64,000 nucleotides of DNA from an uncultured Acidobacteriota bacterium (GTDB taxonomy: Bacteria; Acidobacteriota; UBA6911). The translations under genes were made by a program, and so were the position numbers. The first letter of the stretch is position 1. The number at the start of each line of letters is the position of its first letter. Under the pieces are notes generated by a model that saw only the letters and a program-made list of their open reading frames with translations, made no database searches and had not been told where the DNA came from. The stretch is from NCBI GenBank assembly GCA_963843575.1, contig CAWJKZ010000013.1, positions 384,001-448,000 of the forward strand, given 5' to 3'. Positions 16,808 to 26,546 of the stretch are shown here, one piece after another.

Positions 16808-17488
16808 ATGTACAAAATCCTGATCGTCGACGACCAGGCGGACCTCGTGAAGGGGTTGGAGATCAACCTCAAGAAGGAGGGCTACGGCGTCGTGAAGGCG
16901 GCGACCGGCGAGGAGGCCCTCAAGCTGGTGACGCAGGAATGTCCTCACCTGATCATCCTCGACATTATGCTCCCGGGAATCAGCGGCTTGGACGTGTGCA
17001 GGGAGCTGCGCAACCGGTCCATCGACATTCCAATTATCATGTTGACCGCGAAAGGGGATGAGATCGACCGCGTGGTCGGCCTGGAACTGGGAGCGGACGA
17101 TTACATGACCAAACCCTTCGGGCTGCGCGAGTTGCTGGCGCGCGTCCGGGTGCGACTGCGCCGCCAGCCCGGGCCGTCGGAACCGCTGGCTCACTACCGC
17201 TTCGGGCAGGTCGAAATAGACTTTGACAAGAACGAGGCGCGGGTCCACAACCGGAAGGTCGACCTGACCCAGAAAGAGTGCGACCTGATACGCTTCATGA
17301 TCCGGAATCGCGGCAACGTCCTTTCGCGCGACGTGCTCCTGAACGAGGTGTGGGGCTACGACGACTACGGGACGACCCGAACCGTCGATACCCACATCCT
17401 GAAGCTGCGCAAGAAATTGGAGGAGGATCCGGCCGATCCCAAGTTCATCCTGTCGATCTACGGAGGGGGGTACAAGTTCGTCGGATGA
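16808..17488 (+). CDS. OmpR/PhoB family response regulator
   Basis: ILIVDD, LDIMLPG, GADDYMTKPF, RTVDTHILKLRKKLE. Confidence 0.95.
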   Translation: MYKILIVDDQADLVKGLEINLKKEGYGVVKAATGEEALKLVTQECPHLIILDIMLPGISGLDVCRELRNRSIDIPIIMLTAKGDEIDRVVGLELGADDYMTKPFGLRELLARVRVRLRRQPGPSEPLAHYRFGQVEIDFDKNEARVHNRKVDLTQKECDLIRFMIRNRGNVLSRDVLLNEVWGYDDYGTTRTVDTHILKLRKKLEEDPADPKFILSIYGGGYKFVG

Positions 17489-18975
17489 GCGAAGCCAGGC
17501 CGAGACCGATCTGGGACCGCATCACGCTGGAGCACCTTTGGCTGGGTGTTCCCCTGTTCGTTCTGGTGGTTAAGGGATTTCTCGTCCCCCTGCCTCTGCT
17601 GGATTTCTGGTGGCACTTGAAGATGGGGGAGATCATCGTCTCCACCCACGCCATTCCCCGCACGGACATTTTTTCATTTACCGCCGCAGGCCAGCCCTAC
17701 ATCGTTCAGAACTGGCTGGCGGAGATCATCTACTACGCGACCTACCGGCTCGGCGGGTTCCCCCTGCTGGTTTTCCTGAACACGGCCCTGCTCGCGCTGG
17801 CGTTGCTCCCCGTGTATCTACTCTGCCTGGAAGTGACTGAGCGAAAGAAGGTTGCCGTCCTGGCGGCGTTTCTGGCCTCGTTTGTCTTCTTCGGCAACAT
17901 GAGGCCGCAGGTTTTTTCGTTCGTCCTGTTTGCTTGGTTTTACTGGGTGCTGGAGGGATACCGGACCGGGCGCCGCGACCGGCTGTGGGTCTTGCCGGTG
18001 CTGATGATCTTCTGGGTGAATTTGCACGGCGCCTTTGTTCTGGGGCTCGGCCTGACGGTGCTCTATCTGGTGGTCGGGATGGTCCCGAAGCTCGTTGGTG
18101 CGGGGGGCGACCGGGATCTGTCGGGGGCGCGGTTGCGCAAGCTCGGTCTTGTGCTGGCCGCGTGCCTGGCGGCGACGCTGGTCAATCCCGAGGGGTACAA
18201 GCTCTACGATTACGTGCGGGTGGTGATGACCGACCCCTCGTCGCAGCAATTTGTCGCCGAGTGGCAGCCCCCCACGGTCAATTCGGCGCAGGGCTTTTTG
18301 ACGTTTTACGGGCTGTTCTTTCTCTCGATCCTGGTATTCGTCTACGCCCGCCAAAGACCTGACCTGATGAAGCTTGCCCTGTTCTTCGTTTTTTCCTTTT
18401 TCGGCCTGATGGCGACCCGCAACACGATCTGGTTCGGCATCGTGATCCCGCCCGTCCTGGCACTTCACATGCCGGGGACGATAGGCTCGAGTGCGCCGGC
18501 GCCTCCCCGGCGGTTCAACGCGTTGGTCGCCGCGGTCGCCGCCGCGGTGCTGGTAATCTTGTCCCCGTGGGTGCGCCCGGCCCTCTATTCAACATCCCTC
18601 CTAGAACCTCAGACGCCGGTCGCGGCCATGGACTACATCGATCGGCACGACCTGCGCGGGCACATCTTCCACCCGCAAGTCTTCGGCGACTACCTCGCTT
18701 GGCGGCTGTACCCGCGTCAGAAGTCGTTCTTTGACGGGAGGGTCCACCTGTTTGGGGAATCCCTGGTCCGGGAGTACCGCAACATCTTCCACGACTCCCA
18801 CTGGGAGGAGCGCCTGCGCCCCTTTGAGATCCGCTACCTGCTGCTGAGCAAGGATCCCGGGCAGGAAGATAGCGTGAGGATGATCGGGAGCGCACGTGCG
18901 TCGAAGAACTGGACCGTGCTGTTCGAAGATAAGGTCGCCATCCTGATGGAGTGCCGCGCCTCGACGCCTTTGTGA
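17485..18975 (+). CDS. Polytopic membrane protein, putative GT-C-fold glycosyltransferase
   Basis: DFWWHLKMG, RPQVFSF, WVNLHGAF, EWQPP, FFDGRVHLFG; more than 10 TM segments; ATGA coupling to the regulator. Confidence 0.6.
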   Translation: MSEARPRPIWDRITLEHLWLGVPLFVLVVKGFLVPLPLLDFWWHLKMGEIIVSTHAIPRTDIFSFTAAGQPYIVQNWLAEIIYYATYRLGGFPLLVFLNTALLALALLPVYLLCLEVTERKKVAVLAAFLASFVFFGNMRPQVFSFVLFAWFYWVLEGYRTGRRDRLWVLPVLMIFWVNLHGAFVLGLGLTVLYLVVGMVPKLVGAGGDRDLSGARLRKLGLVLAACLAATLVNPEGYKLYDYVRVVMTDPSSQQFVAEWQPPTVNSAQGFLTFYGLFFLSILVFVYARQRPDLMKLALFFVFSFFGLMATRNTIWFGIVIPPVLALHMPGTIGSSAPAPPRRFNALVAAVAAAVLVILSPWVRPALYSTSLLEPQTPVAAMDYIDRHDLRGHIFHPQVFGDYLAWRLYPRQKSFFDGRVHLFGESLVREYRNIFHDSHWEERLRPFEIRYLLLSKDPGQEDSVRMIGSARASKNWTVLFEDKVAILMECRASTPL

Positions 18976-19170
18976 GTTTTGGAATCGCTCCTCAGCTACC
19001 TGTAGAGCTCATGCTTTCGGTGTACAGGGACGTCTCAAGTACGGGGATCGCGATGTCCGGCGCGATTGGTCGGCAGAGATTATGGAATCCTGCTTCTCCT
19101 GCCCCCTGATGGCATTTTAGATCACTAGACAATTGCTAGGATGAAGGTTCGTTGCCGTCTCCCGCCAAAA

Positions 19171-21573
19171 CTACTGACTGGGATTGATCAAGCGGGTGAA
19201 CCCGGTGATGTTGACGTCGCGAAACATCGGGGTGCGCGGCGGCAGCAGGGTGGGTTGCAGGAACTCCACGTCGAAGTTGTAGCCTCGCGAGGGTGGCGAG
19301 TAGACATTGGTGCAGCACTTGTAGACTCCGACCGCCTGGCGATTGAAGTAGAGGCTGATAATCGATCCCCGGTAGTTCAGAGTCTGCCCTCCCCAGTTTT
19401 CGAGCAGCCGGACGAAGTTATGCACGCCACCGTCGGTTCCGAAATCCTGAGGGGTTCCGGCGGGTTGTGGAAATGGCCTCCCCGTTCCGGCAATCAGCGC
19501 CGTCCTGTACCAGGTTGTCGTGGCGGTCCGCGCGGTGCCGCCCCCGACGTTGTGCGGGGAAGTGAATGAGTTGCGGTCGTTCCAGTTCCTCGACAGCAGG
19601 GTGACGGCGTCCGCGATCACGGAACACGCGACGTGGTTGCCATCGAAGGTGTTTGGCGCGTTGTAGTTGCCCTGCACGTACACGGGATTTTCAGACACGA
19701 TCGCCAGACCGAGCGGCGTATTGTCGACGGTGCCGAGGTCGATGGCTTGACCGTTGACGAGCTTCAGCGCTCTCCGGAAGAAGACCGGCCGATTCACCCT
19801 TGCGACGTTTGCCGCGACCGCGGTCCAGGGACGGGCTGTGTTGTCCAGCGGCGCCGCTCCCGTCTGGCGGGGAACCTCCCCGTAGGTGTCGAGCCCGCCG
19901 TTGCCGTTGACATCCTCTGCCTGCTCCATGGACCCGTCCGGAGTGCCATTGACGCTGCCGGGATTCACGAAGTCTTCAAAGCCATACTCGCCGGTTTCCG
20001 TATTCATTGCATCGCGATTTGTGCGCCGATCCGAGAAGTAGACCACGTATCCCGTAACGTTGATAGCCGCGCTGCCGCTCGCCCCGATGGCGCCGCGGAA
20101 CCAGCGGGAGAGATTGTTTACATCGAGCTCGACGTAGTGCATGACGCCGCCGAGGTACACCGTAGCCTGGCCGGTCGGGATGTTGTCGCGCAGAGCCCCC
20201 TCACGCGTGTCGTACAGCACGTTGGGCCAGTATTGGGTGCCCACTCCGCTGCTGCAGGCCGCCGGTGCATCTCTCAAACGCTGAACACGAATGATCGAAT
20301 CCGGCGGATTCAGGCAGTTCCCCGTCAGGTCCTGGCCGGCGACGCCGCGCCCGAGGATCTCTGTGGTCACGTCCTGCCAGTTCCCGCCCTGGTCCTGCAT
20401 CTCGATCTTGATGAAGCCATCGATCAGGTTGGTGCCGTTGGGCGTCCGATACCCCTCGCCGGCATTGCCCGAGGAAAGGGCGAAAGGCCTGCCGTCGGGC
20501 GCGACTCCTGCCAACTGGACGGGGGCCGACGCCGTGACCGTAGGTAACGCCGTGATCTCGGGGGCAGTGTCCGACAGGAGAATGCGGAGGCTGGCCATCC
20601 CGAAATATCGCTGCCCGAACACGTCAGGGTTTGCGACATTCTCTCCGATGCCGGGTCGGCGGATCAGGTCAATCGGCGTCGCACCCTGGCTCGCGAGTGG
20701 AAGGTCCATCCGGCGTGCTCCGGTGCGCCCATTCCGGATGTTGCCGTTGTAGGTCCCTATCGACAGATTTGTCCACGTCGGTTCGTTTGAGGCTGTCCCG
20801 ATTGCGCCGACGAGGCTCCCTTCGGAGGCCCTGAGAGCTCTGAAGGCCCCAGGCACGGTGGTTACATTGACGGTGCCGGTGTAGTTCGAGCTCGTTGGCC
20901 AGCCGTTGACGAGATTGGTCCGAATGACCTCACCGACGGCGGTGACCCGATTCGCAAGCGTAAGCGTGCTGCCGGAGCCTTCTGCCAGGTAGAGATTGCC
21001 GTTGGTGTGAACGCGGCCTCCAAAGTTGAAATCCGGACCCGCGTGGAAATTCAGGTCGTTCTGCGAAAAAATCCCGAACTGAAAAACAGGCACCGCGACT
21101 GTCTGCAGGGTCCTGCGCATCCTCACTTCGCTGCCGGTGGCCGTCTGAGCCGTGGCCGTCATGGAATAGGCAGTGATCAAGCCTACCAGCCCCTCGTAGG
21201 GACCAGACGGAACCGTGCGGGTATCGGCTCTGGGCTTGCCGCGGGCATCGAGCGGAAACGTGATCTGATACCCCGAACCGCCGCCGGGCGATACGTACGA
21301 GATGCCCTCGAGGGATGGCGGGCGGGCAGTCAGGGCGTTGATCTGGGCGGTCGTGGGGGCATAATTCGTCTCGAACAGGGTACCCAGATCGGCAGTCAGC
21401 TTTTCCAGACCTGCGAGCGTTGCATAGAATGCGCGCTTTTGATCGCGGTCGAGGCCGATAAGCCCCTGGTCGGAATTGACGGTCAGGATGAAGCCGGTAA
21501 GCAGGGAAGAGAGCAGCACCAGGATCAACAGGGTGGTGATTAGCGCAATCCCACGTTCATTTCCTGTTTTCAT
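19171..21573 (-). CDS. Large PilX-like minor pilin (800 aa)
   Basis: Class III signal ERG|IALITTLLIL lacking Glu5 (PilX/GspK trait), KRAFYATLAGLE; long Gly/Asn/Thr-rich C-terminal region. Confidence 0.8.
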   Translation of the reverse strand: MKTGNERGIALITTLLILVLLSSLLTGFILTVNSDQGLIGLDRDQKRAFYATLAGLEKLTADLGTLFETNYAPTTAQINALTARPPSLEGISYVSPGGGSGYQITFPLDARGKPRADTRTVPSGPYEGLVGLITAYSMTATAQTATGSEVRMRRTLQTVAVPVFQFGIFSQNDLNFHAGPDFNFGGRVHTNGNLYLAEGSGSTLTLANRVTAVGEVIRTNLVNGWPTSSNYTGTVNVTTVPGAFRALRASEGSLVGAIGTASNEPTWTNLSIGTYNGNIRNGRTGARRMDLPLASQGATPIDLIRRPGIGENVANPDVFGQRYFGMASLRILLSDTAPEITALPTVTASAPVQLAGVAPDGRPFALSSGNAGEGYRTPNGTNLIDGFIKIEMQDQGGNWQDVTTEILGRGVAGQDLTGNCLNPPDSIIRVQRLRDAPAACSSGVGTQYWPNVLYDTREGALRDNIPTGQATVYLGGVMHYVELDVNNLSRWFRGAIGASGSAAINVTGYVVYFSDRRTNRDAMNTETGEYGFEDFVNPGSVNGTPDGSMEQAEDVNGNGGLDTYGEVPRQTGAAPLDNTARPWTAVAANVARVNRPVFFRRALKLVNGQAIDLGTVDNTPLGLAIVSENPVYVQGNYNAPNTFDGNHVACSVIADAVTLLSRNWNDRNSFTSPHNVGGGTARTATTTWYRTALIAGTGRPFPQPAGTPQDFGTDGGVHNFVRLLENWGGQTLNYRGSIISLYFNRQAVGVYKCCTNVYSPPSRGYNFDVEFLQPTLLPPRTPMFRDVNITGFTRLINPSQ

Positions 21574-21585
21574 TCCATCGTCCTA

Positions 21586-22593
21586 TCAGCGATAACGGTC
21601 AATAAAGGACAGGCTGCGCAGGCTGACCTGAGTTGTCAGGTTGTGCCGCAGGTATTCGTCGGTGTTCCGGATTTTCAAGCTGGACCGGCCGGCCAGGAAG
21701 ATGCTGGCCTTGCGGATCTGATTGGGGGAATTCGGTGCGACGGGAGTTTTTATGTTCGTCGGGTTCGTAACTCCATCGACCAGGTCATAGGACAGCTGCA
21801 TATCTTCCAGGACCAGCGCGACCGCTGCTCCGGTCCTGTAGTTCACCCGGCGGATCAGGCGAGGCATCGCGGGGTCTGTAGTGGTATCTAGGTAATAGGT
21901 GATCATCCAGACCCGCGTGGCAGTCGTGGGCGGAAACACCCCGGCGCTCTTGAGCTGCGAGATCGACCCCTGGGGTGCCGCGGGCTGATTGAGATGCACA
22001 GGATCGCCGGCGTCGAAATAGATCGTCTGGCCATCCACCCGGGAGACGTATTGCAGTGTGTTGCCGAGCGCATTGCTGAAGGCGATCAGATCGCCGGGGC
22101 TGATGGGATTGCTGATGTTGGTAATCGGCGTGCCGGCGTTCACCCTGGCGCTGGATCCGTCCGCCGCAATTGAATCGAGCGGTGTCTGATTCAGGAGCAG
22201 CAGGTTGTCGGCATAGAGGATGTTGACGATGTCGGTAGCCCGGCCATTGCCTGCGGGGCCCAAACCTGCGCCGGGATTCACCGCAGATACCGTAACCGCG
22301 GGGGCGAACGTGTAACTCCTGCCCGGAGGGCTTGGCCTGTTGACTGGAGCGGCACCCGCGCCGGAGGGGATAGGCAGGCCGCCGGTCGGGATTCCCCCCC
22401 CGGCATTGATGAAGTCTTGGCCGAGAAAATTCATTCCGGCCCGCAGGTTTTGTTCCAGGTCTGCGATGATGCTCGATTTCTCATGCAAACCGAGCGCGTC
22501 GTGAAATGCGCTCATCGTCGCAGCCGTGAGGACGAGCATAATCACCATCGCGATCATAGATTCTGCGAGACTGAATCCCTTTTCACTTCTCAT
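21586..22593 (-). CDS. PilW-like minor pilin
   Basis: KG|FSLAESMIAM, QNLRAGMNFL..D..NAG, EDMQLSY, C-terminal TTQVSLRS. Confidence 0.8.
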   Translation of the reverse strand: MRSEKGFSLAESMIAMVIMLVLTAATMSAFHDALGLHEKSSIIADLEQNLRAGMNFLGQDFINAGGGIPTGGLPIPSGAGAAPVNRPSPPGRSYTFAPAVTVSAVNPGAGLGPAGNGRATDIVNILYADNLLLLNQTPLDSIAADGSSARVNAGTPITNISNPISPGDLIAFSNALGNTLQYVSRVDGQTIYFDAGDPVHLNQPAAPQGSISQLKSAGVFPPTTATRVWMITYYLDTTTDPAMPRLIRRVNYRTGAAVALVLEDMQLSYDLVDGVTNPTNIKTPVAPNSPNQIRKASIFLAGRSSLKIRNTDEYLRHNLTTQVSLRSLSFIDRYR

Positions 22594-22642
22594 CACAGGG
22601 TCTCCGGTGCCGGGAGCCTCCTTCCCGACCTGTCCTGGAACT

Positions 22643-23197
22643 TCAGGCAAACGAGGAGAGATAGGCGACCAACTGGTACTGGCGATTCAAGCTGCCGATC
22701 CTGTAGCGCACGATGACTCGAATCTCGCGCAGATTCGGAGCAAGATCGGTGATCTGGATCTCGCGGGTAAAAACGTCCATGGGACGAACGATGTCATCGC
22801 CGGTGCCCAACACACCGTCCGGTCCTGCCAGAGTCTCGTTTTCAAGCGCGCCGTCGTCTGCCGTGTTTACAAGTCCGTCTGTACCCACGGCGCGCAGCGA
22901 TTTGGGCCCGTCCAGAAACACGCCCCCGGCAGAGGCGTTTCTGATCTGAGCCCAGGTGATGATCCGCGTGTCGCGCGAGGTGAACACGCTCTCGATGGCC
23001 TCCGATGCTTTTTCCTTTGCGACCTGGTGGTAGTGGGAGGTGGACATCAACACCATGCCCTGGGAGAATGCACTGGCCAATGCCAGCAATCCACCCCCAA
23101 GGATGATGATGGAAATCATGGTTTCCAGCAGGGTGAGCCCGGACTGATCCCGGGACGTTGCGCACACGCTGTTGGGCTCGATCGTTATTGGATCCAT
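22643..23197 (-). CDS. PilV-like minor pilin
   Basis: SG|LTLLETMISIIIL..GLLALA, FTREIQI, LREIRVIVRY. Confidence 0.8.
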   Translation of the reverse strand: MDPITIEPNSVCATSRDQSGLTLLETMISIIILGGGLLALASAFSQGMVLMSTSHYHQVAKEKASEAIESVFTSRDTRIITWAQIRNASAGGVFLDGPKSLRAVGTDGLVNTADDGALENETLAGPDGVLGTGDDIVRPMDVFTREIQITDLAPNLREIRVIVRYRIGSLNRQYQLVAYLSSFA

Positions 23198-23742
23198 AGA
23201 CTCCCCGTCCACCGGTAACCTCGAACGCGTCCGGTCGCTCCTAGGATGGTGGCTACCCGGGCCGTAATAGGCCGGTCCAGTCCCAAGAACACCGACCCGT
23301 TCACAGGATTCCCCTGCGCGTCGACCAGTGTCCCGTCGCTCAAAAACATGATTGTTCCGGCAGTCCCGAAAGCCACTGCCGTCCCGTTGCCGAAGGAGTC
23401 GGGAGAGTCGGGCACACCGTCCATTAACCGGAATTGGACGTTGCCCCCGAGCGTGACGGTGCTCAATACGGTTGTCCCGGCGGGTACATCGTTCCGGACG
23501 AGTTGAATCTGATTGTTATTCGGGAATCTCAACTGGATGCTCCGCCTCTGGACAATCGCCAACTCTCTGCCTCTGCGCAGTTGCGCCACCGTCTGAGTCA
23601 GAGCCGTGTTGGAGTTCATCCCTCGTGTTATTCCGGTGATGTCCGGCAGTGCGATCGCGGCAATCACGGAAAACACGACAAGTACAATCAGGGCTTCAAC
23701 TATTGAAAACCCGTCCTGATTGCCCTCTCGACACGGAAGCAT
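23185..23742 (-). CDS. FimT/FimU/GspH-like minor pilin
   Basis: DG|FSIVEALIVLVV..IAAIALP, QLRRGRELAI, IMFLSDGT, ATGRVR; RBS AGGAG. Confidence 0.85.
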   Translation of the reverse strand: MLPCREGNQDGFSIVEALIVLVVFSVIAAIALPDITGITRGMNSNTALTQTVAQLRRGRELAIVQRRSIQLRFPNNNQIQLVRNDVPAGTTVLSTVTLGGNVQFRLMDGVPDSPDSFGNGTAVAFGTAGTIMFLSDGTLVDAQGNPVNGSVFLGLDRPITARVATILGATGRVRGYRWTGSLWIQ

Positions 23743-23803
23743 GCTTTGTCTCCTGCGTTTGGTAACCCTGCCCCGGGGTGTGTCAGGTCAATACCAGAGC
23801 TAC

Positions 23804-23840
23804 GACACCTGTAAGACGGCGAGCGGGTCTTTATGCTTAC
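23804..23840 (-). promoter_or_regulatory. Putative ECF sigma promoter of the type IVa minor-pilin operon
   Basis: Minus strand GTAAG-N17-CGTCTTA; TCGCCGTCTTACAGGTGTC (23804-23822) is identical to 26429-26447. Confidence 0.7.
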
Positions 23841-24032
23841 GCCATCTGCGTGATCTGTGATGCAGGACACATTAAGCGCGGGGATTGCGGGTATCTCTCG
23901 TGGCCGAATGGCAGGAGCTCGCCAGAGCGCGCCCGGAACTGCCGTGGTGTGGTGTCGTGCCTCCGCTTAAGACTATTGTTAATATTGTCTTGGTCGGCTC
24001 TCCCGATCGCGTTACCATCAGCGCCATCCCTT

Positions 24033-24635
24033 ATGGATAGCGACAGCGCTTCGAATGCCCGCGCTCTCCCGAGCGCTGGGAAAAAGAAGGGCAATCCACC
24101 CCCGCCCGCAGACGGCGGAGACTGCGTCCTGCGCGAAGCTGCCCAACGCGATCTGCTGCAGCTCTACGACGAGAACTTCCCCGGGTTGTTCCGATACGCT
24201 AACGCACTCACCAGGGACAGGGAGCAATCCAAGGATGCCGTACAGGAGGCTTTCCTGCGCTATTATGCTTCGCGCGTGGCCGGCGCTGACATCCTGAACG
24301 GGAAGGCGTGGCTCTACACGGTGCTGCGCAATTACGTGATGGACAGATTCCGGGAATCCGGTACATTCAAGGAGGTCGGGATAGATGCGCTGCGGGACCT
24401 CCCTGATGAAAGCCAGAGCGTGCAGACAGGCTTGAGAAGCGCGAGATCTCCCGGCGCGCCACTGCAATCGCTCAGCCCCAGGGAACTGGACTGCCTCAGG
24501 CTCCGCGCCGAGGGATTAAGATATCGCGAGATCGGCGATGTTTTGGGCATCACGTCGGGGACGGTCAGTGCCCTCCTGGTGCGCGCGGCGAAGAAGCTGC
24601 GCAGCGCTGTAGATGCGGAAAAGAGGAGCAAGTGA
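24033..24635 (+). CDS. ECF-type RNA polymerase sigma-70 factor
   Basis: Region 2 KDAVQEAFLR/KAWLYTVLRNYVMD, region 4 LSPRELDCLRLRAEGLRYREIGDVLGITSGTV; start uncertain. Confidence 0.88.
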   Translation: MDSDSASNARALPSAGKKKGNPPPPADGGDCVLREAAQRDLLQLYDENFPGLFRYANALTRDREQSKDAVQEAFLRYYASRVAGADILNGKAWLYTVLRNYVMDRFRESGTFKEVGIDALRDLPDESQSVQTGLRSARSPGAPLQSLSPRELDCLRLRAEGLRYREIGDVLGITSGTVSALLVRAAKKLRSAVDAEKRSK

Positions 24636-25186
24636 TGTCGAACCTCATTCCACCGAACCTGCGTTGGCTGGGGTTGCACCCCGGGGCCGACGAGCTCCTG
24701 GCGTTCCTCGACGGCGAGCTCGACGAACCGGCCGCGGGACAGGTCCGCCAGCACCTTGCGAAATGCGCTCGATGTCGGCAGAAGTCGTCCAACACGGAAG
24801 CGGTACTGAGCGAAATACGCGAGATCGTTTCGGCGCCCCTGCCGGGGGACCTTCCTGTCCGCGAGGCGTTTGCCGACCTGCAGAGCGCCATTCAAACGTG
24901 GCACCTGGAGCGCAGCGCACGGGGCGCGGCCGGCGTGCCTCTGGCTCAGACAGATCTCGGCAAGCAGTTGTCTGCCGTCCTCGAGGTGTATCTCGGGTCG
25001 CGCGCCACCCGGGCACTGCTTGAAAACGCCGGGCGCGACGAGTATGCGGACGAGAGGCTGATGACCGCGATGGCGCCGATGCTGCGCACCTTCCTCGGAA
25101 GAGAAAGTGCGGACGCGCTAGAAATGAAGATGCGAGCGATCCTCAGCCGCGAACGTAAAATGCGAGCATCGAAGCCGATCGGATAA
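24632..25186 (+). CDS. Zinc-finger (zf-HC2) anti-sigma factor without a TM helix
   Basis: HPGADELLAFLDGEL....VRQHLAKCARC (Hx3Cx2C); overlaps the sigma stop. Confidence 0.8.
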   Translation: MMSNLIPPNLRWLGLHPGADELLAFLDGELDEPAAGQVRQHLAKCARCRQKSSNTEAVLSEIREIVSAPLPGDLPVREAFADLQSAIQTWHLERSARGAAGVPLAQTDLGKQLSAVLEVYLGSRATRALLENAGRDEYADERLMTAMAPMLRTFLGRESADALEMKMRAILSRERKMRASKPIG

Positions 25187-25190
25187 GCAC

Positions 25191-26090
25191 ATGCGAACGC
25201 GGCGAACACCTCACGGTCGACTGTCGAGCATCCTGCTCTGGACAACTGCCGTTCACATGACGATAGGGCTGGGCGTCCTCCTCGCCTGGATTCGATTCCA
25301 GGATGACAGGTTGCTGCATTATTACTTCAATTACCTGGGGGCACTGTTCTTCGTTGGTGTCGGGACGACGGACCTGGCCTTGTGCTGGAAGGCTTTTCGG
25401 CGATTCTCGACCGGCGAACCACTGCGCACGGCGTGGCTGCTCATCACGCTTGCTTCGGCCCACCGCCTCGTCGGATTACTTTTTTCCGAGGTGCTCAGCG
25501 TCCAGTCCCTCCTGAACCCGGGCCTCCTGTTCGCGAGTTCCTGGGACCCGGACGTCGCCGTCACGTTCCGCCAGTTCGGCTTGTTCGCCAGCGGCCCGGT
25601 GCAAATGGTCCTCCTGGCATGCGGACTCCTGATCGTGATCGGCATCTACCGGAAACTCGGGATGCTTCCCCGGTTTAAGGTGGTGGATTATGTTCTGCTG
25701 GCGGGCGTTTTTGCATTTACCGCCCGCGAAATCGGAATGGCGGTCTGGATGGTGCGGACGGGCGTGCCCGAGAGCACGTTCAAGGTCCTGAACTGGGCAA
25801 GCGACCCGCTCCTGTGCGTACTGCTGTTCGAAGCGGTACTCGTGCGCCGGGCCGTCCTCAACATGGGTTGGGGACTGATCGCGGAGTGCTGGGGCGCCCT
25901 GATGATCGCGATCGTCATCACCTCCATCGGCGATATGGGGATCTGGGCCACCGCTAACGGCTACCTCCCATGGCCGTTCAATGCGATTGCGTGGTTTGTC
26001 TGGTACCCCGCCAGCACTGCCTTCGCGCTCGCCCCCGCATACCAACTCGAAGCCATCCAACTCGCCCGTAACTCCCGCCCGACACCCTGA
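25191..26090 (+). CDS. Polytopic (7-8 TM) membrane protein, putative sensor
   Basis: Alternating hydrophobic segments, no soluble output domain; starts 4 bp after the anti-sigma. Confidence 0.7.
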   Translation: MRTRRTPHGRLSSILLWTTAVHMTIGLGVLLAWIRFQDDRLLHYYFNYLGALFFVGVGTTDLALCWKAFRRFSTGEPLRTAWLLITLASAHRLVGLLFSEVLSVQSLLNPGLLFASSWDPDVAVTFRQFGLFASGPVQMVLLACGLLIVIGIYRKLGMLPRFKVVDYVLLAGVFAFTAREIGMAVWMVRTGVPESTFKVLNWASDPLLCVLLFEAVLVRRAVLNMGWGLIAECWGALMIAIVITSIGDMGIWATANGYLPWPFNAIAWFVWYPASTAFALAPAYQLEAIQLARNSRPTP

Positions 26091-26409
26091 GTGGGACCTT
26101 TTTGGCTCTACCCTGAAAAGCCCGGTGCGAATCTGACGACCCATCGATCAACCTGGGCTCGGCCTCTGTCGCGGCAAGCATTCGGAATGAAGGCCAGCCC
26201 AAACCGTTCGACATGAAAGCCTGCCTGGCCCTGGAGCAAGTGGTTTAGCACTCAGGCTACCGCATGGATCCATCCCGACAGTCGAAGGTCGATCGATTGC
26301 CTGCACCTGTCCTCGGCAAAATAGTCTGTTCAGAAGCTGTGCCGAATCGGCATCACCGGGGCTCTTTGAGCGTCGGGCGGGGGCCCGAAGCCTGATCTGG
26401 ATTTTCCGT

Positions 26410-26447
26410 GTAAGCAAAACTCCTCTCGTCGCCGTCTTACAGGTGTC
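26410..26447 (+). promoter_or_regulatory. Putative ECF sigma promoter of the Tad minor-pilin operon
   Basis: GTAAG-N18-CGTCTTA; 19 bp identical to the element upstream of the fimT-like gene. Confidence 0.7.
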
Positions 26448-26546
26448 AGTTCCCCAAAACAGATGAACGTCCCTTCGAGACGGGGATGCTGTCCAGTCTG
26501 AGTGCGAGTTTTCGGTGCAGGGGTAATCCTGACCGCCGAGGGCCAT

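Noticed and set aside
26090-26546. c-di-GMP riboswitch upstream of the Tad genes
   Set aside because: I could not find the GCAAA/GNRA-receptor architecture; the shared ECF-like promoter explains the conserved part. An Infernal/Rfam scan would settle it.
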